Shown one piece after another: positions 16,629-27,004 of a stretch of 64,000 nt of DNA. Every line of letters starts with the position of its first letter. Position 1 is the first letter of the stretch. A program made the translations under genes and the position numbers. Location: positions 8,276 to 72,275 of the forward strand of contig DAONDZ010000005.1 in NCBI GenBank assembly GCA_035402825.1, written 5' to 3'. The DNA comes from a bacterium. Its GTDB lineage: Bacteria > Patescibacteriota > Patescibacteriia > Patescibacteriales > UBA12465. Under the pieces are notes generated by a model that was not told where the DNA came from, did no database searches, and saw only the letters and a program-made list of their open reading frames with translations.

Positions 16629-18014
16629 TTAAAACTCAGCGTTTTTAGGAGTCCGCGGAAAAGGAATCACATCGCGAATATTGGCCATACCGCTTAGATA
16701 CATCACTAAGCGTTCAAAGCCCAAACCGAAACCACCATGTTTGACGCCGCCATATTGGCGCAAGTCCAAATACCATTGATAGTCCTCGGGACAAAGGTTG
16801 AATTGTCTCATTCGAGCCTCTAGCTTCTCCAAGCGCTCTTCTCTTTGGCTGCCGCCGATAATTTCTCCCACCCCCGGCACCAAGAGATCCATAGCGGCCA
16901 CAGTTTGGCCGTCATCGTTTAAGCGCATATAGAAAGCTTTGATTTTCTCCGGATAGTCAGTCACAAAAACCGGTCCTTTAAAAACCTCATCGGTCAAATA
17001 ACGCTCATGTTCGGTTTGCAGATCAATTCCCCATTTCACCGGATAGCTAAACTTCTGGCCGGATTTCTCTAAAATACCTATCGCCTCAGTATAGGTCAAA
17101 CGCTTAAAATCAGCCTGAGCTAGTTTTTCCAAACGAGCGATTAAACCTTTTTCAATAAACTCATCAAAGAATTTCATTTCTTCCGGCAATTCTCGCAAAG
17201 CATAGTTAATCAGATATTTCATCATCTCTTCCGCTAAGTCCATGTCATCGTTTAAATCGGCAAAATAGATCTCCGGCTCCAACATCCAAAACTCAGCCGC
17301 ATGGCGCGTAGTGTTAGAGTTTTCGGCTCTAAAGGTCGGCCCAAAAGTATAGACCCGGTTAAAAGCCAAGGCCATGGCTTCGGCATTCAATTGGCCGCTG
17401 ACCGTTAGTCCAGCCTGGCGTCCGAAAAAATCCTGGCTATAGTCCACTCGACCCTCTTTGTTGAGCGGAGTGTTTAATAAATCCAAAGTAGTGACATTAA
17501 ACATCTCCCCGGCCCCTTCGCAATCAGAGGTAGTGATAATCGGCGTGTGGGCATAAACAAAACCTTTTTCTTGAAAAAATTTGTGGATAGCAAAACTCAA
17601 CCCAGACCGCAAGCGGAAGACCGCAGAAAAAGTATTAGTCCGGGAACGCAAATGAGCGATGGTCCGCAAGAATTCAAAAGAGTGGCGCTTCTTCTGCAAA
17701 GGATAGTCAGCTTGAGACAATGATTCAATAATTATTTCTTTAGCCTGCAATTCAAAATCCTGTTCAGCCTTCGGAGACTTAATCAATTTGCCTTTGACGG
17801 TTAAAGCCGAACCCAGGCCGGCTTTTTCCACTTCGGAAAAATTAGACAAAGCAGCTTCATAGACCACTTGCAGGGGCTTAAAAAAGGTACCATCATTTAA
17901 TTCAATAAAACCAAACTCTTTAGAAGAGCGACTATTTCTAATCCAGCCTTTAACCTCAATTTCTTGATCCAAAAAATCAGCTGTCTGTTTATATAAATCC
18001 TTGATGTAAGTCAT
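16629..18014 (-). CDS. asnS: Asparaginyl-tRNA synthetase
   Basis: Class II motifs, including [21 protein letters not shown] (motif 2, AsnRS-type), [17 protein letters not shown] and motif 3 [13 protein letters not shown]. Confidence 0.85.
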   Translation of the reverse strand: MTYIKDLYKQTADFLDQEIEVKGWIRNSRSSKEFGFIELNDGTFFKPLQVVYEAALSNFSEVEKAGLGSALTVKGKLIKSPKAEQDFELQAKEIIIESLSQADYPLQKKRHSFEFLRTIAHLRSRTNTFSAVFRLRSGLSFAIHKFFQEKGFVYAHTPIITTSDCEGAGEMFNVTTLDLLNTPLNKEGRVDYSQDFFGRQAGLTVSGQLNAEAMALAFNRVYTFGPTFRAENSNTTRHAAEFWMLEPEIYFADLNDDMDLAEEMMKYLINYALRELPEEMKFFDEFIEKGLIARLEKLAQADFKRLTYTEAIGILEKSGQKFSYPVKWGIDLQTEHERYLTDEVFKGPVFVTDYPEKIKAFYMRLNDDGQTVAAMDLLVPGVGEIIGGSQREERLEKLEARMRQFNLCPEDYQWYLDLRQYGGVKHGGFGLGFERLVMYLSGMANIRDVIPFPRTPKNAEF

Positions 18015-18023
18015 ATAATTGAA

Positions 18024-19322
18024 TTATGGTCTTAAGCGCTTCACATCACGAGGCAAATAATTAGCCTCTTTGATATTAGACAAACCTAAAAGCTTCATCA
18101 CAATGCGAGCCGGACCAATACCTACGCCGCCGTGGCTGGGAATGCCGTAGCGGAAAAAATTCAGATAGTCAGACAGCTCTTCTAAGTTCATACCCTTGGC
18201 TTGAGCTTGTTTTTCTAAAATCTCAATGCGATGCTCTCTCTGGGCGCCGGTAGTGATTTCTAAACCGCGATAGAGCAAATCAAAACTCTTGGTTAACTCC
18301 GGATTATCTTCGCGCACCATGTGATAGAAAGGGCGGGCCGAAACCGGATAGTCAGTGACAAAAACAAAATCATGGCCGGTCTCAGCTTTTATAATTTCAG
18401 AAATTCCCCTCTCTTCTTCCGGGGTAAAATCATCGCTGGCTTCCGATTTAATTCCCTTGGCCGCTAATTTCTCTTTAGCCTGAGCAAGAGTAAGGCGCGG
18501 GAAAGGCTGAGTCGGGACAGTAATATCCAAAGCTAATTTTTCTTTGACCTGCTGAAATCCAGCCACTAACATACCCTCTTCTTGGTCCATAATCTCTTCG
18601 TGAGATGAGATGTTAGCTATTTCAAAATCCCAACCGGTGAACTCGGTGACATGGCGGTTAGTGAAAGATTTTTCGGCGCGATAGACAGTACCAACCATAA
18701 AAACTTTTTCTAAGCCGGCGGCCATGGCCATCTGTTTATAAAATTGGGGTGATTGGGCTAAATAAGCTTTGCGGTCAAAATATTTTACCTCAAAGACATC
18801 AGCGCCGGTTTCCGAAGCGGTATTCATTAAGGTCGGAGTATAGATCTGCAAAAAATTATGCTCATCAAAATAACGACGGCAGCCTTTTTCCAATTCGGTC
18901 CAAACCTTAAAAATCATTTGCTTTTCCGGCTGACGCAAATCTAAAAAGCGCCAATCCAGACGTAAGTCAATATCGGCTTCATTATCAATCTTATTCAAAA
19001 CCGGAATCGACAATTGCTCCAAAGCCAAAGATTCAATCTTTAACTCCGTGGCCAATAATTCAAAATCTTTTTTATCCTCTTCCCCCTTCTTGGCCGGTTT
19101 AGCCTGCAAGGTTCCGGTGACGGTGATATAGCTTTCTAGAGTCAAGGTTTCCGCTTGATTATAGACCGCTTCATGATCGGCCGCCATCACCACTTGCATC
19201 ACTCCGGACAAATCTCTCAAATCCACAAAAACCACCCCCTTATGAGCACGTTTGTTATACACAAAACCAGATAATACCACCTCTCCCTGGCCTTGGCTTT
19301 TAGCTTGGTTGATAGACATCAT
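18024..19322 (-). CDS. aspS: Aspartyl-tRNA synthetase, short archaeal/eukaryal-type (possibly non-discriminating)
   Basis: 432 aa; class II motif 2 YRAEKSFTNRHVTEFTGWDFE and motif 3 GGVGIGPARIVM, with no bacterial-type insertion domain. Confidence 0.7.
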   Translation of the reverse strand: MMSINQAKSQGQGEVVLSGFVYNKRAHKGVVFVDLRDLSGVMQVVMAADHEAVYNQAETLTLESYITVTGTLQAKPAKKGEEDKKDFELLATELKIESLALEQLSIPVLNKIDNEADIDLRLDWRFLDLRQPEKQMIFKVWTELEKGCRRYFDEHNFLQIYTPTLMNTASETGADVFEVKYFDRKAYLAQSPQFYKQMAMAAGLEKVFMVGTVYRAEKSFTNRHVTEFTGWDFEIANISSHEEIMDQEEGMLVAGFQQVKEKLALDITVPTQPFPRLTLAQAKEKLAAKGIKSEASDDFTPEEERGISEIIKAETGHDFVFVTDYPVSARPFYHMVREDNPELTKSFDLLYRGLEITTGAQREHRIEILEKQAQAKGMNLEELSDYLNFFRYGIPSHGGVGIGPARIVMKLLGLSNIKEANYLPRDVKRLRP

Positions 19323-19383
19323 ATATTTAAAATTGTTGATAAATATACTTAAATTATAGCTTAACTATTCCCTTTTATCAAGC

Positions 19384-20097
19384 CTAAAAAACACTATATT
19401 CCACTATTTTGGGGATAATTCCGATAATTTCCAAACGAATCTCTTCCGGCAGTTGAAACTTCTCTAAAAATGGCGAATCTTCGGACAATATTAATCGCAT
19501 CACCTTAATCGCTCCGTCAGACAAAGCCACTACTATCCCGGCTTCCCTTTCGGGACGACAATGAACGCAAACAATTTCTCCTCCTTCAGACTTGAAATGA
19601 TTAGCCCCGGCCACTAGCTCCTGCTGGCAATGGGCGCAATGATATAGATCTGGCTGGTATCCCAAGAGAGCGATTAATTTCAAACTAAAAGCCTGAAGCA
19701 GCCACTCCGGATCAGCGGTCTTTTCCATGGCCTGTAAAAAAGAAATTAATAGTGTAAACAGCTCGCCATCGGCGTGCTCTAAATGGACTAGGCGGTTAAA
19801 AAGGTTAAAACCCAGACCGCTATAATAGACTTTATTCAGATCTGATTTAATACCGCTATAAGCATCAACATTAATGGCGCTGCCGACATAATGACGATTT
19901 TTGCCGCGAATGACCATTAAATTAATCAGAGTTATCGGTTCTAAGTGAGCGGCCAGCTTGGAACTGGGACGCAGCATGCCGCGAGCCACTAAATCCAATT
20001 TTCCTTTTTGAGGACTGTATACTAAAACGCGGCCATCAAATTCTCGATGCGCCTCGCGTTTCAAAACTATCGCGGGAGTAGAATATGTTTCTTCCAT
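19384..20097 (-). CDS. recO: DNA repair protein RecO
   Basis: OB-fold N-terminus and a C-terminal Cys4 zinc finger (CAHC...CVHC). Confidence 0.7.
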   Translation of the reverse strand: MEETYSTPAIVLKREAHREFDGRVLVYSPQKGKLDLVARGMLRPSSKLAAHLEPITLINLMVIRGKNRHYVGSAINVDAYSGIKSDLNKVYYSGLGFNLFNRLVHLEHADGELFTLLISFLQAMEKTADPEWLLQAFSLKLIALLGYQPDLYHCAHCQQELVAGANHFKSEGGEIVCVHCRPEREAGIVVALSDGAIKVMRLILSEDSPFLEKFQLPEEIRLEIIGIIPKIVEYSVF

Positions 20098-20486
20098 TAG
20101 GTTAATAATAATCCGTCTAAATAATTTTGCAAAATTAACATCGCCGCTACGGCATCCCTTTCCGCCTTATCCTCTTTTTCTCCCACTAAGGCATCAGCGG
20201 CTAAGCTGGAAAGCCGTTCATCGGCTAAGTTCACTTTCACTCCGGCCTCGGCTTCTAACTTTTTCCTAAAAGCTAAAAAATCAGGATTAGCCTCGGCGCC
20301 GGACATTTTTTTCGGTTCTCCCAAAACTATTTCATCTATTCCTTCGCTGTTTATCACCTCTAAAACCGCGAACAAAGAATCAACCACCTTAAACGGCAAA
20401 GCTAAACCGGTTTCACTATCGGCTAAAGCCAAACCAATTCGTTTTTCTCCCCAATCAACTCCTAAATATTTAATATTCTCTTCCAT
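20097..20486 (-). CDS. ruvX: Holliday-junction resolvase-like RuvX/YqgF
   Basis: YLGVDWGEKRIGLALAD N-terminal motif of the YqgF family. Confidence 0.8.
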   Translation of the reverse strand: MEENIKYLGVDWGEKRIGLALADSETGLALPFKVVDSLFAVLEVINSEGIDEIVLGEPKKMSGAEANPDFLAFRKKLEAEAGVKVNLADERLSSLAADALVGEKEDKAERDAVAAMLILQNYLDGLLLT

Positions 20487-20487
20487 A

Positions 20488-21267
20488 TTATTGGGTTAAG
20501 ATCACCGGGCCCTTTTTGGTAATGGCCACGGAATGTTCAAAGTGAGCGCTTAGCGATCCATCAGCGGTCAAAGCGGTATAGCCATTCTTAGCTATTTTCA
20601 CTCGCCAAGAACCAGCATTAATCATCGGCTCAATCGCCAAAACCATGCCCGGCTCTAAAACTATATTTTCCGGAGAACGCGGTCCGATTTCGTAGTTAAA
20701 GACATCAGGCTCTTCATGGGCTTGGTGGCCGACGCCATGGCCAACAAAATCCTTCACCACGCCATATCCTTGGTTGACGCAATATTCTTCAATTACCTTA
20801 CCAATATCATTTAAAGTATTGCCCGGTTGAGCCATCTTGATACCCCGATACAAAGATTGTTCGGAAACTTTCAAAAGTTTGCGAGTGGCTTTGTCCACCT
20901 TCCCCACGGCCACGGTATAACAAGTGTCGGTGAACAAACCATTGCCTTTCGGCCATTTCATGCCAATATCTAAATCCACAATATCGCCGGAACGCAATAT
21001 CCTCTCCGGCAAAGCTGGACCATGAACCACTTCGTCGTTTATAGAAACACATAAAGCGGTAGGAAAGAATATTCCCCCGCCCATCGGGTAGTCTTTAAAG
21101 GCTGGTTCCCCGCCCGCCTGAGCAATCATTTTTAAGGCTGTTTCTTCCAAAACCGCCGTACTCAATCCAGGCTTCACCATCTTCACTAGATGCCTCAAAA
21201 TTAGGGCTAATTTATGCCCTCCTTGCCGCATTAGTTCTATTTCCGCCTCATTCTTCAGTCTAATCAT
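20488..21267 (-). CDS. map: Methionine aminopeptidase type I
   Basis: Pita-bread fold metal ligands (D..D...H...E...E) and FVGHGVGHQAHEEP. Confidence 0.85.
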   Translation of the reverse strand: MIRLKNEAEIELMRQGGHKLALILRHLVKMVKPGLSTAVLEETALKMIAQAGGEPAFKDYPMGGGIFFPTALCVSINDEVVHGPALPERILRSGDIVDLDIGMKWPKGNGLFTDTCYTVAVGKVDKATRKLLKVSEQSLYRGIKMAQPGNTLNDIGKVIEEYCVNQGYGVVKDFVGHGVGHQAHEEPDVFNYEIGPRSPENIVLEPGMVLAIEPMINAGSWRVKIAKNGYTALTADGSLSAHFEHSVAITKKGPVILTQ

Positions 21268-21352
21268 ATAGCCTCATTTTAGCACCAATTATCGCCCTCT
21301 TCAACCATTTGACAATATTTAACAATTATTATGTAATTCAAGTTTAAAAATA

Positions 21353-21383
21353 CCCACAAAAAAGCTACCCTTCCAGGTAGCTT
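21353..21383 (-). terminator. Rho-independent terminator downstream of the pilin-like gene
   Basis: On the minus strand, AGCUACC-UGGAAG-GGUAGCU followed by UUUUUUGUGGG. Confidence 0.6.
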
Positions 21384-21399
21384 TTATTATTTTCAATTA

Positions 21400-22980
21400 T
21401 TATTTGCTCGGTTCTTCATTAGCCGGCGGATTAGCCCCTTCCGCCCAGCTAGTTAGAGTGTGATCATAGACCGAAGTGCCAGAAACATCAGTATAATACC
21501 AGGCGGTAGGCGGATCGGTATTCCAGCGATACATTAATCGGACGCCTTCTTCTCCGGGTTCTAGCTCCCAGCTATAGAGAACATCATAATAGCGGTAAGA
21601 GCCATCGTCAATCAAGGTGGTAGCTAAAGGAGTGCTAGAGAATACTTTTAACCCACTTTCAGTGTGATAAGAATAAGCATTGAAAGTTCGGGAGATACCA
21701 TAAGCGCCATAAGAGAAATAGAACATATCGGGCGGCGTAATATCCCAGGCAGAATATCCACTGTCCTGAATGGAGTTAGTAGTAATATCTTTGTAATAAA
21801 CTGCACTAGCGGCCGTTTCGGCAGCAGTTTGAATTCCGCCGAGATATTCTAGCAGACCAATAATATCGGTGATAAAATCATCAACTAAAATTCGAGCGGC
21901 AGTGGCATACCCCTGAGCGGCGCCGGTAGTAGCGGCATTATACGCCAAATCCAACTGAGTTCTAAGAGCATTATTTCTATTCACCATATCTTGCAAATCA
22001 GTAGTGACCGAAGGGGCCATGCCTAAATCCAGGCTCAAAAGATATTCTAGTTGACCGTTTATATCCATACTGGCATAGATTGCCTCTTGAGTAATGGATC
22101 TAATATCATTTAATGAAAAAGTACCGCCCTCAATCATCACCATCAGCTCTCTGATTCGGGTTAAACGATCATTGATGCCCTGCAAGGTTCCTTCAGCTGT
22201 CTGGCATTTATTAATAATATCATATTGAGTCGAGGCCTGAGAGGAATTACTTTTTAAAACTAAATAACCATCGGCATCCGGTGAAGCCGTCCAGCTCCAA
22301 TCAATGTTATAACTACCGCTAGAACTATCATCAGTAACATCTATGCTGGCCGCATCGCTAACATAGCGATAGCCATCAATAAGTTTATAAGCATAAACCT
22401 GGATAGATTGATTGGAACCATTGGTTGTATAATTTCCACTGCCATAGTTAATAGTACCAACCGGATTGGTGGCCGGAGATAAATACCAGGTAATTGTCGC
22501 TTGCAAAGTGCCGGCAGAACCGCTCAAACTGCAATCGCTGTTATACACTCCTCCCGGAGTGGCACATTTAGGACCGGAAGCTAGAGAACCAGTATTGTTT
22601 CCCAAACAATAAGATAAAGTATAAGAAGCGCCGTCTTCGGTCTGTTGATAATATAAAGTGTTTTGATCAGAAGTACAGTTGCCGTCCGGAGTAGTCGGAG
22701 CGGCGGGAATTATTTTTAAATAAGTAGTCAGCGGGTTACTAGAGCTAGACATAATAGAACCAGTTTCCCACTCCTCTGGAGTCGGATAACGACCCTGGTC
22801 ATTAAAAAACAATTCCAAGGCGGTTTGAACTTGCTTCACATCTCCAACTCTTTTAGCATCGCGAGATCTGGCTCGGGCACTGCTTAGAGCAACTACCGAT
22901 AGAGACGCCAGGAGGCCGATAATGGCAATCACCACTAACAGCTCCACCAGGGTAAAGCCCTTTTTTTGTTTTATCATCAT
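21400..22980 (-). CDS. Type IV pilin-like protein (prepilin N-terminal cleavage/methylation domain) with a large C-terminal domain
   Basis: N-terminal KKGFTLVELLVVIAIIGLLASL (class III signal peptide) then ARSRDAKRVGDVKQVQTALELFFNDQGRYP; 526 aa. Confidence 0.8.
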   Translation of the reverse strand: MMIKQKKGFTLVELLVVIAIIGLLASLSVVALSSARARSRDAKRVGDVKQVQTALELFFNDQGRYPTPEEWETGSIMSSSSNPLTTYLKIIPAAPTTPDGNCTSDQNTLYYQQTEDGASYTLSYCLGNNTGSLASGPKCATPGGVYNSDCSLSGSAGTLQATITWYLSPATNPVGTINYGSGNYTTNGSNQSIQVYAYKLIDGYRYVSDAASIDVTDDSSSGSYNIDWSWTASPDADGYLVLKSNSSQASTQYDIINKCQTAEGTLQGINDRLTRIRELMVMIEGGTFSLNDIRSITQEAIYASMDINGQLEYLLSLDLGMAPSVTTDLQDMVNRNNALRTQLDLAYNAATTGAAQGYATAARILVDDFITDIIGLLEYLGGIQTAAETAASAVYYKDITTNSIQDSGYSAWDITPPDMFYFSYGAYGISRTFNAYSYHTESGLKVFSSTPLATTLIDDGSYRYYDVLYSWELEPGEEGVRLMYRWNTDPPTAWYYTDVSGTSVYDHTLTSWAEGANPPANEEPSK

Positions 22981-23040
22981 AAATAAAAATAAAGTTTATC
23001 TAAGACTATTTTACTACACTTCTCCCCTTCTGACAACAGG

Positions 23041-23071
23041 AAAAACAAAAAAGCTGCCTGTAGAGGCAGCT
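23041..23071 (-). terminator. Rho-independent terminator downstream of secY
   Basis: On the minus strand, AGCUGCCU-CUAC-AGGCAGCU followed by UUUUUUGUUUUU; the hairpin is palindromic, so it could act bidirectionally. Confidence 0.65.
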
Positions 23072-23094
23072 TTTTCTATATTCACTTCAGTTGA

Positions 23095-24363
23095 TTATAA
23101 TCCATCATATTCCCGCATGGTCAGCTGGGACTTAATCTGTTTGACCATATCAATCACCACCGAAACTACGATCAACAAGCTGGTGCCGCCGATAGCCAAA
23201 GACTGGATGCCGGTGAAGTAGCGCATAATTAAAGGCAAGATAGCGATGATGCCTAAAAACAAAGCGCCGACTAGAATAATCTTGTGGGTGGTGTTGCCCA
23301 AATATTCTTCGGTCTGTTGACCCGGACGAATACCAGGAATGAAGCCACCATTCTTCTGCAAGTTTTCCGCAATCTGTTTGGGGTGGAAAATAACTTCGGT
23401 ATAGAAATAGGTAAAAGCAAAAACTAACAAAAAATAGATGATGCCGTAGAATAATTGATTCTGGAATAAAGCGATAGTCTTCTCTGCTCCGGTTACCAGC
23501 CAAGCCGTTTTGGCATGCAAGAAGAATTGAGCGATCATGGACGGGAACATGATAATGGAAATAGCAAAGATGATCGGAATCACACCGGCCATGTTGACGC
23601 GTAACGGCAAATGAGTATTGGTGCCGCCAAAAGCGCGGGAACCTCTGATTTGACGAGCGTATTGAATCGGAATATTGCGCTGGCCTTCGTTGATAATAAC
23701 CACGCCGATAACGGTCACTAAAGCTATCACCACGAAACCTAGCAATAAGAATAATTGAGATTTATCAAAAGTCAAAAATAGCTGGCTGGCCGCCTGCGGT
23801 AAAGCTGCGACGATACCGGCGAAGATTAATAAGGAAATACCATTACCAATCTTCTTTTCAGAAATCAATTCGCCTAACCACATCAGGAACATGGTGCCGG
23901 CGGTAATCGCCACCATCATCACTATCATATCAAAACTGGAAACATTGTTTAAAACACCGGTAGCGGAACGTCCCAAAAGATTGATCATGGCATAAGACTG
24001 CAGTAAAGCCAACGGCACGGTAGCCCATCTGGTCCAAGTAGTAATCTTTTGGCGACCGGATTCTTCTTTCTGCATTTCTTCTAGTTTCGGCACAATCATG
24101 CCTAATAATTGGAAAATAATAGAAGAGGTGATATAAGGACCGACACCCATCATGACAATGGAGAAATTCTTCATGCCACCGCCGGAAAATAAGTCCATCA
24201 TGCCAAGCAATTGATTGGAACTAAAAAGCTGACGTAGAGCTAAAGTGTCAACGCCAGGAACTGGAATATGGGCAATCAAACGGAAGATAACCAACATGCC
24301 TAAAACAAAAAGGATCTTATTTCTGACATCTCTGGCCTTCCATAACTGTCTCAATTTTTCCAT
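23095..24363 (-). CDS. secY: Preprotein translocase subunit SecY
   Basis: 422 aa with 10 TM segments and the conserved SecY N-terminus. Confidence 0.9.
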   Translation of the reverse strand: MEKLRQLWKARDVRNKILFVLGMLVIFRLIAHIPVPGVDTLALRQLFSSNQLLGMMDLFSGGGMKNFSIVMMGVGPYITSSIIFQLLGMIVPKLEEMQKEESGRQKITTWTRWATVPLALLQSYAMINLLGRSATGVLNNVSSFDMIVMMVAITAGTMFLMWLGELISEKKIGNGISLLIFAGIVAALPQAASQLFLTFDKSQLFLLLGFVVIALVTVIGVVIINEGQRNIPIQYARQIRGSRAFGGTNTHLPLRVNMAGVIPIIFAISIIMFPSMIAQFFLHAKTAWLVTGAEKTIALFQNQLFYGIIYFLLVFAFTYFYTEVIFHPKQIAENLQKNGGFIPGIRPGQQTEEYLGNTTHKIILVGALFLGIIAILPLIMRYFTGIQSLAIGGTSLLIVVSVVIDMVKQIKSQLTMREYDGL

Positions 24364-24373
24364 ATTGGTAAAA

Positions 24374-24790
24374 TTAGAGTTGCTTTTTTAAACCTTCACT
24401 CATTTTGACGCTCTGGAATTTTAGGTCCTTCACGGTCAATTTCTCTTTGCCTAAAATCTTTACCGGTTGATGATCATCTTTCACCAAGCCTTTTTCCTTG
24501 AGGGTCAAAGGGGAAACTATTTCATTAGGTTTGTAGTTGGCATTAATAATGGTCACGGAAACAACTTGGTTCTTCGGGTGTTGGGATTTAAAACCGCGAG
24601 CTTTCGGAATCTGCAATAGTTGCTTCTTCATGCCCAAACGCTTCAAACCGGAAGCGCCGCTTCTAGACTTCTGCCCTTTCAAACCACGAGTACTATAAGT
24701 ACCATGACCGGAAGCGTTACCGCGACCGACTCTTTTTTTCTTCTTTAATCCGCCAGAGGATTTTTTGATGGCATTTAGTCCTAAAGACAT
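24374..24790 (-). CDS. rplO: 50S ribosomal protein L15
   Basis: KRVGRG..SG.GKT..RG.KGQ motif. Confidence 0.85.
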   Translation of the reverse strand: MSLGLNAIKKSSGGLKKKKRVGRGNASGHGTYSTRGLKGQKSRSGASGLKRLGMKKQLLQIPKARGFKSQHPKNQVVSVTIINANYKPNEIVSPLTLKEKGLVKDDHQPVKILGKEKLTVKDLKFQSVKMSEGLKKQL

Positions 24791-24812
24791 ATTTATAAAA
24801 ATTAATTAAACA

Positions 24813-25418
24813 TTATTTTGTTTCTGTTTCTTCTTTTTTGGCGCGGGGTTCTACCTTCTTCAAGCTCTTTAAAGCCGCTACGGTACAACGAGCATTATTA
24901 ATCTTATTGCCGCCGCCTAAAATCTTGCTGGTGACATTTTTCACACCGGCTAATTCTAAAATGATTCTCACCACGCCGCCGGCTTTAACACCGCTGCCCT
25001 GCTTGGCCGGTTTGAAGACGATCCAAGAAGCACCCATAGTTTTACGGACTTCGTGAGGAATAGTATCGTTAATCAAATTAACATGCACCATATTCTTCTT
25101 GGCCTGGTTCACGGCTTTATTTACCGCCAAGGTCACATCAGCGCCCTTGCCTAAGCCAATACCGATATTGCCATTCTTGTCACCCAAAGCAATACAAGCT
25201 CTGAAGCTCATACGTTTGCCGCCCTGCATCACGCGGGTTACCCGAGCGATGTCCAGCATTCTTTGTTCAAACTCTTCCTGACGTTTCGGTCCACGATTGC
25301 GACCACGGAAACCGCCGCGATCACCACCCGGTCTCTGGCCATAGACAGTCTTAGCGACAGCTTCAGCCACTTTCTGTTCGGTATTTTGATTGTCTTGAGT
25401 CTTTAATTCTTCGGACAT
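24813..25418 (-). CDS. rpsE: 30S ribosomal protein S5 (with N-terminal extension); L15 follows directly, so no L30 gene
   Basis: S5 dsRBD and C-terminal domain sequence; only 22 nt separate it from rplO. Confidence 0.85.
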   Translation of the reverse strand: MSEELKTQDNQNTEQKVAEAVAKTVYGQRPGGDRGGFRGRNRGPKRQEEFEQRMLDIARVTRVMQGGKRMSFRACIALGDKNGNIGIGLGKGADVTLAVNKAVNQAKKNMVHVNLINDTIPHEVRKTMGASWIVFKPAKQGSGVKAGGVVRIILELAGVKNVTSKILGGGNKINNARCTVAALKSLKKVEPRAKKEETETK

Positions 25419-25431
25419 ATGTTAGATAATA

Positions 25432-25788
25432 TTAAAATTGCAATCCGCCTTGGCGAGCTCCTTCAGCCACTGCTTTAACTCGGCCATGATAGCGATAACC
25501 GCCGCGATCAAAGACTACGGCGCTAATTTTCTTGTCTTGAGCTTTCTTAGCCAACAATTCACCCAAGGTTTTAGCTAACTCTAATTTCGGCTTTTTGACA
25601 TCCTTCAATTCCTTGCTGTCGGCACTGACCAAAGTCACACCTTTAACATCGTCAATTAACTGGAGGAATAAACCGGTGTTAGAACGAAAAACATTCAAGC
25701 GCGGTCGAGCGGCAGTACCTTCAATCTTAGCTCTGACCCGAACATGGCGTCTTTCTAATTTAGAATTTTTAGCGATTTGCTTATTCAT
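25432..25788 (-). CDS. rplR: 50S ribosomal protein L18
   Basis: RHVRVRAKI...[10 protein letters not shown] motif and operon position. Confidence 0.85.
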   Translation of the reverse strand: MNKQIAKNSKLERRHVRVRAKIEGTAARPRLNVFRSNTGLFLQLIDDVKGVTLVSADSKELKDVKKPKLELAKTLGELLAKKAQDKKISAVVFDRGGYRYHGRVKAVAEGARQGGLQF

Positions 25789-25800
25789 ATAAGTTTATGC

Positions 25801-26343
25801 TTATTTGCTAGCGGCAGTCTTACCAGCCTTGCGTCTAATAACTTCATCAATATATTTAATACCCTTGCCTTTATAAGGTTCCGGCAAACGCAAGCGGCGA
25901 ATCTGAGCGGCTACTTCTCCGACGGCCTGTTTGTCAATTCCTTGAATAGTCAAGAAATTGCCATCAGAAACAGCGGAAATACCAGCCGGCAACGGAAACT
26001 CAATCGGATGGGAGAAACCTAGGTTCAAAGTCAATTTCTGACCGCTCACCTGGGTGCGATAACCGACACCTTTGATTTCCATTTTCTTTTCAAAGCCGAC
26101 CGTTACGCCTAAAACCATATTGTTAATCAAATTGCGGCATAATCCCCAAAGAGCTCTTTGTTTTACATCTTCGGCATCTTCCACTTTGACAATAGCTTCC
26201 TTTTCGGTAATTTCCAGGCTAACTTTTTTCGGCAACTCAAAGCTAAGCTCGCCTTTAGGGCCTTTAACTTTCACCAAAGAACCGGACAAAGTCAGATTAA
26301 CTCCAGCGACTAATTCAATTGGTAATTTTCCTAAGCGAGACAT
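25801..26343 (-). CDS. rplF: 50S ribosomal protein L6
   Basis: MSRLGKLPIELVAGV start and two-domain L6. Confidence 0.85.
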   Translation of the reverse strand: MSRLGKLPIELVAGVNLTLSGSLVKVKGPKGELSFELPKKVSLEITEKEAIVKVEDAEDVKQRALWGLCRNLINNMVLGVTVGFEKKMEIKGVGYRTQVSGQKLTLNLGFSHPIEFPLPAGISAVSDGNFLTIQGIDKQAVGEVAAQIRRLRLPEPYKGKGIKYIDEVIRRKAGKTAASK

Positions 26344-26361
26344 ATATAATTAAATTAAAGA

Positions 26362-26778
26362 TTAATAAATTTCGCAGAGAACTTCGCCACCGATCTTTTC
26401 CCGCCAAGCCTGCTTGTTAGTCATCAGTCCCTTGGGGGTAGAAATAATAGCCATACCCAAGCCGTTTAGAACTCGCGGCAAGTTATCAGCCGGCACATAA
26501 ATTCTCAAACCCGGCTTGCTAATTCTCTTCAAACAAGTAATTTTAGAAAAACCTTCGGCATCGTATTTCAAAACCAATTTGATTTCGTCAAAAATAGCTG
26601 AGCCATTCTTCTTTACTGCCTGGCTTTTAATTAATTCAGTTTTAGCAATCCAGCCCTCGCGCTCTAAGATCTTGGCAATCTCTAATTTGATTTTAGAGAA
26701 TGGCAAACAGACCTCCGCCTTTTTTACCATGGCCGCGTTCCTGATACGAGTTAGCATGTCTGCGATTGGATCCGTCAT
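26362..26778 (-). CDS. rpsH: 30S ribosomal protein S8
   Basis: MTDPIADMLTRIRNA start. Confidence 0.9.
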   Translation of the reverse strand: MTDPIADMLTRIRNAAMVKKAEVCLPFSKIKLEIAKILEREGWIAKTELIKSQAVKKNGSAIFDEIKLVLKYDAEGFSKITCLKRISKPGLRIYVPADNLPRVLNGLGMAIISTPKGLMTNKQAWREKIGGEVLCEIY

Positions 26779-26803
26779 AATTTTACATTAATTAAAAATA
26801 TAA

Positions 26804-26989
26804 TTACCAGCTGGCCTTCTTGATGCCCGGCAAATCACCGTTATCCGCCAATTCCCGAAAACAAATACGACAAAGCTTGAAATCACGCATGTAGCCGTGC
26901 AAACGGCCGCAGCGCCAGCAACGATGGATTTTCCGGGTGGAAAATTTCGGTTTTAACTTAGATTTTACAATTAGGGCAGTTCTAGCCAT
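26804..26989 (-). CDS. rpsZ: 30S ribosomal protein S14 type Z (zinc-binding)
   Basis: 61 aa with C..C...C..C. Confidence 0.85.
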   Translation of the reverse strand: MARTALIVKSKLKPKFSTRKIHRCWRCGRLHGYMRDFKLCRICFRELADNGDLPGIKKASW

Positions 26990-27004
26990 ATAAATTAAAT
27001 ATAA

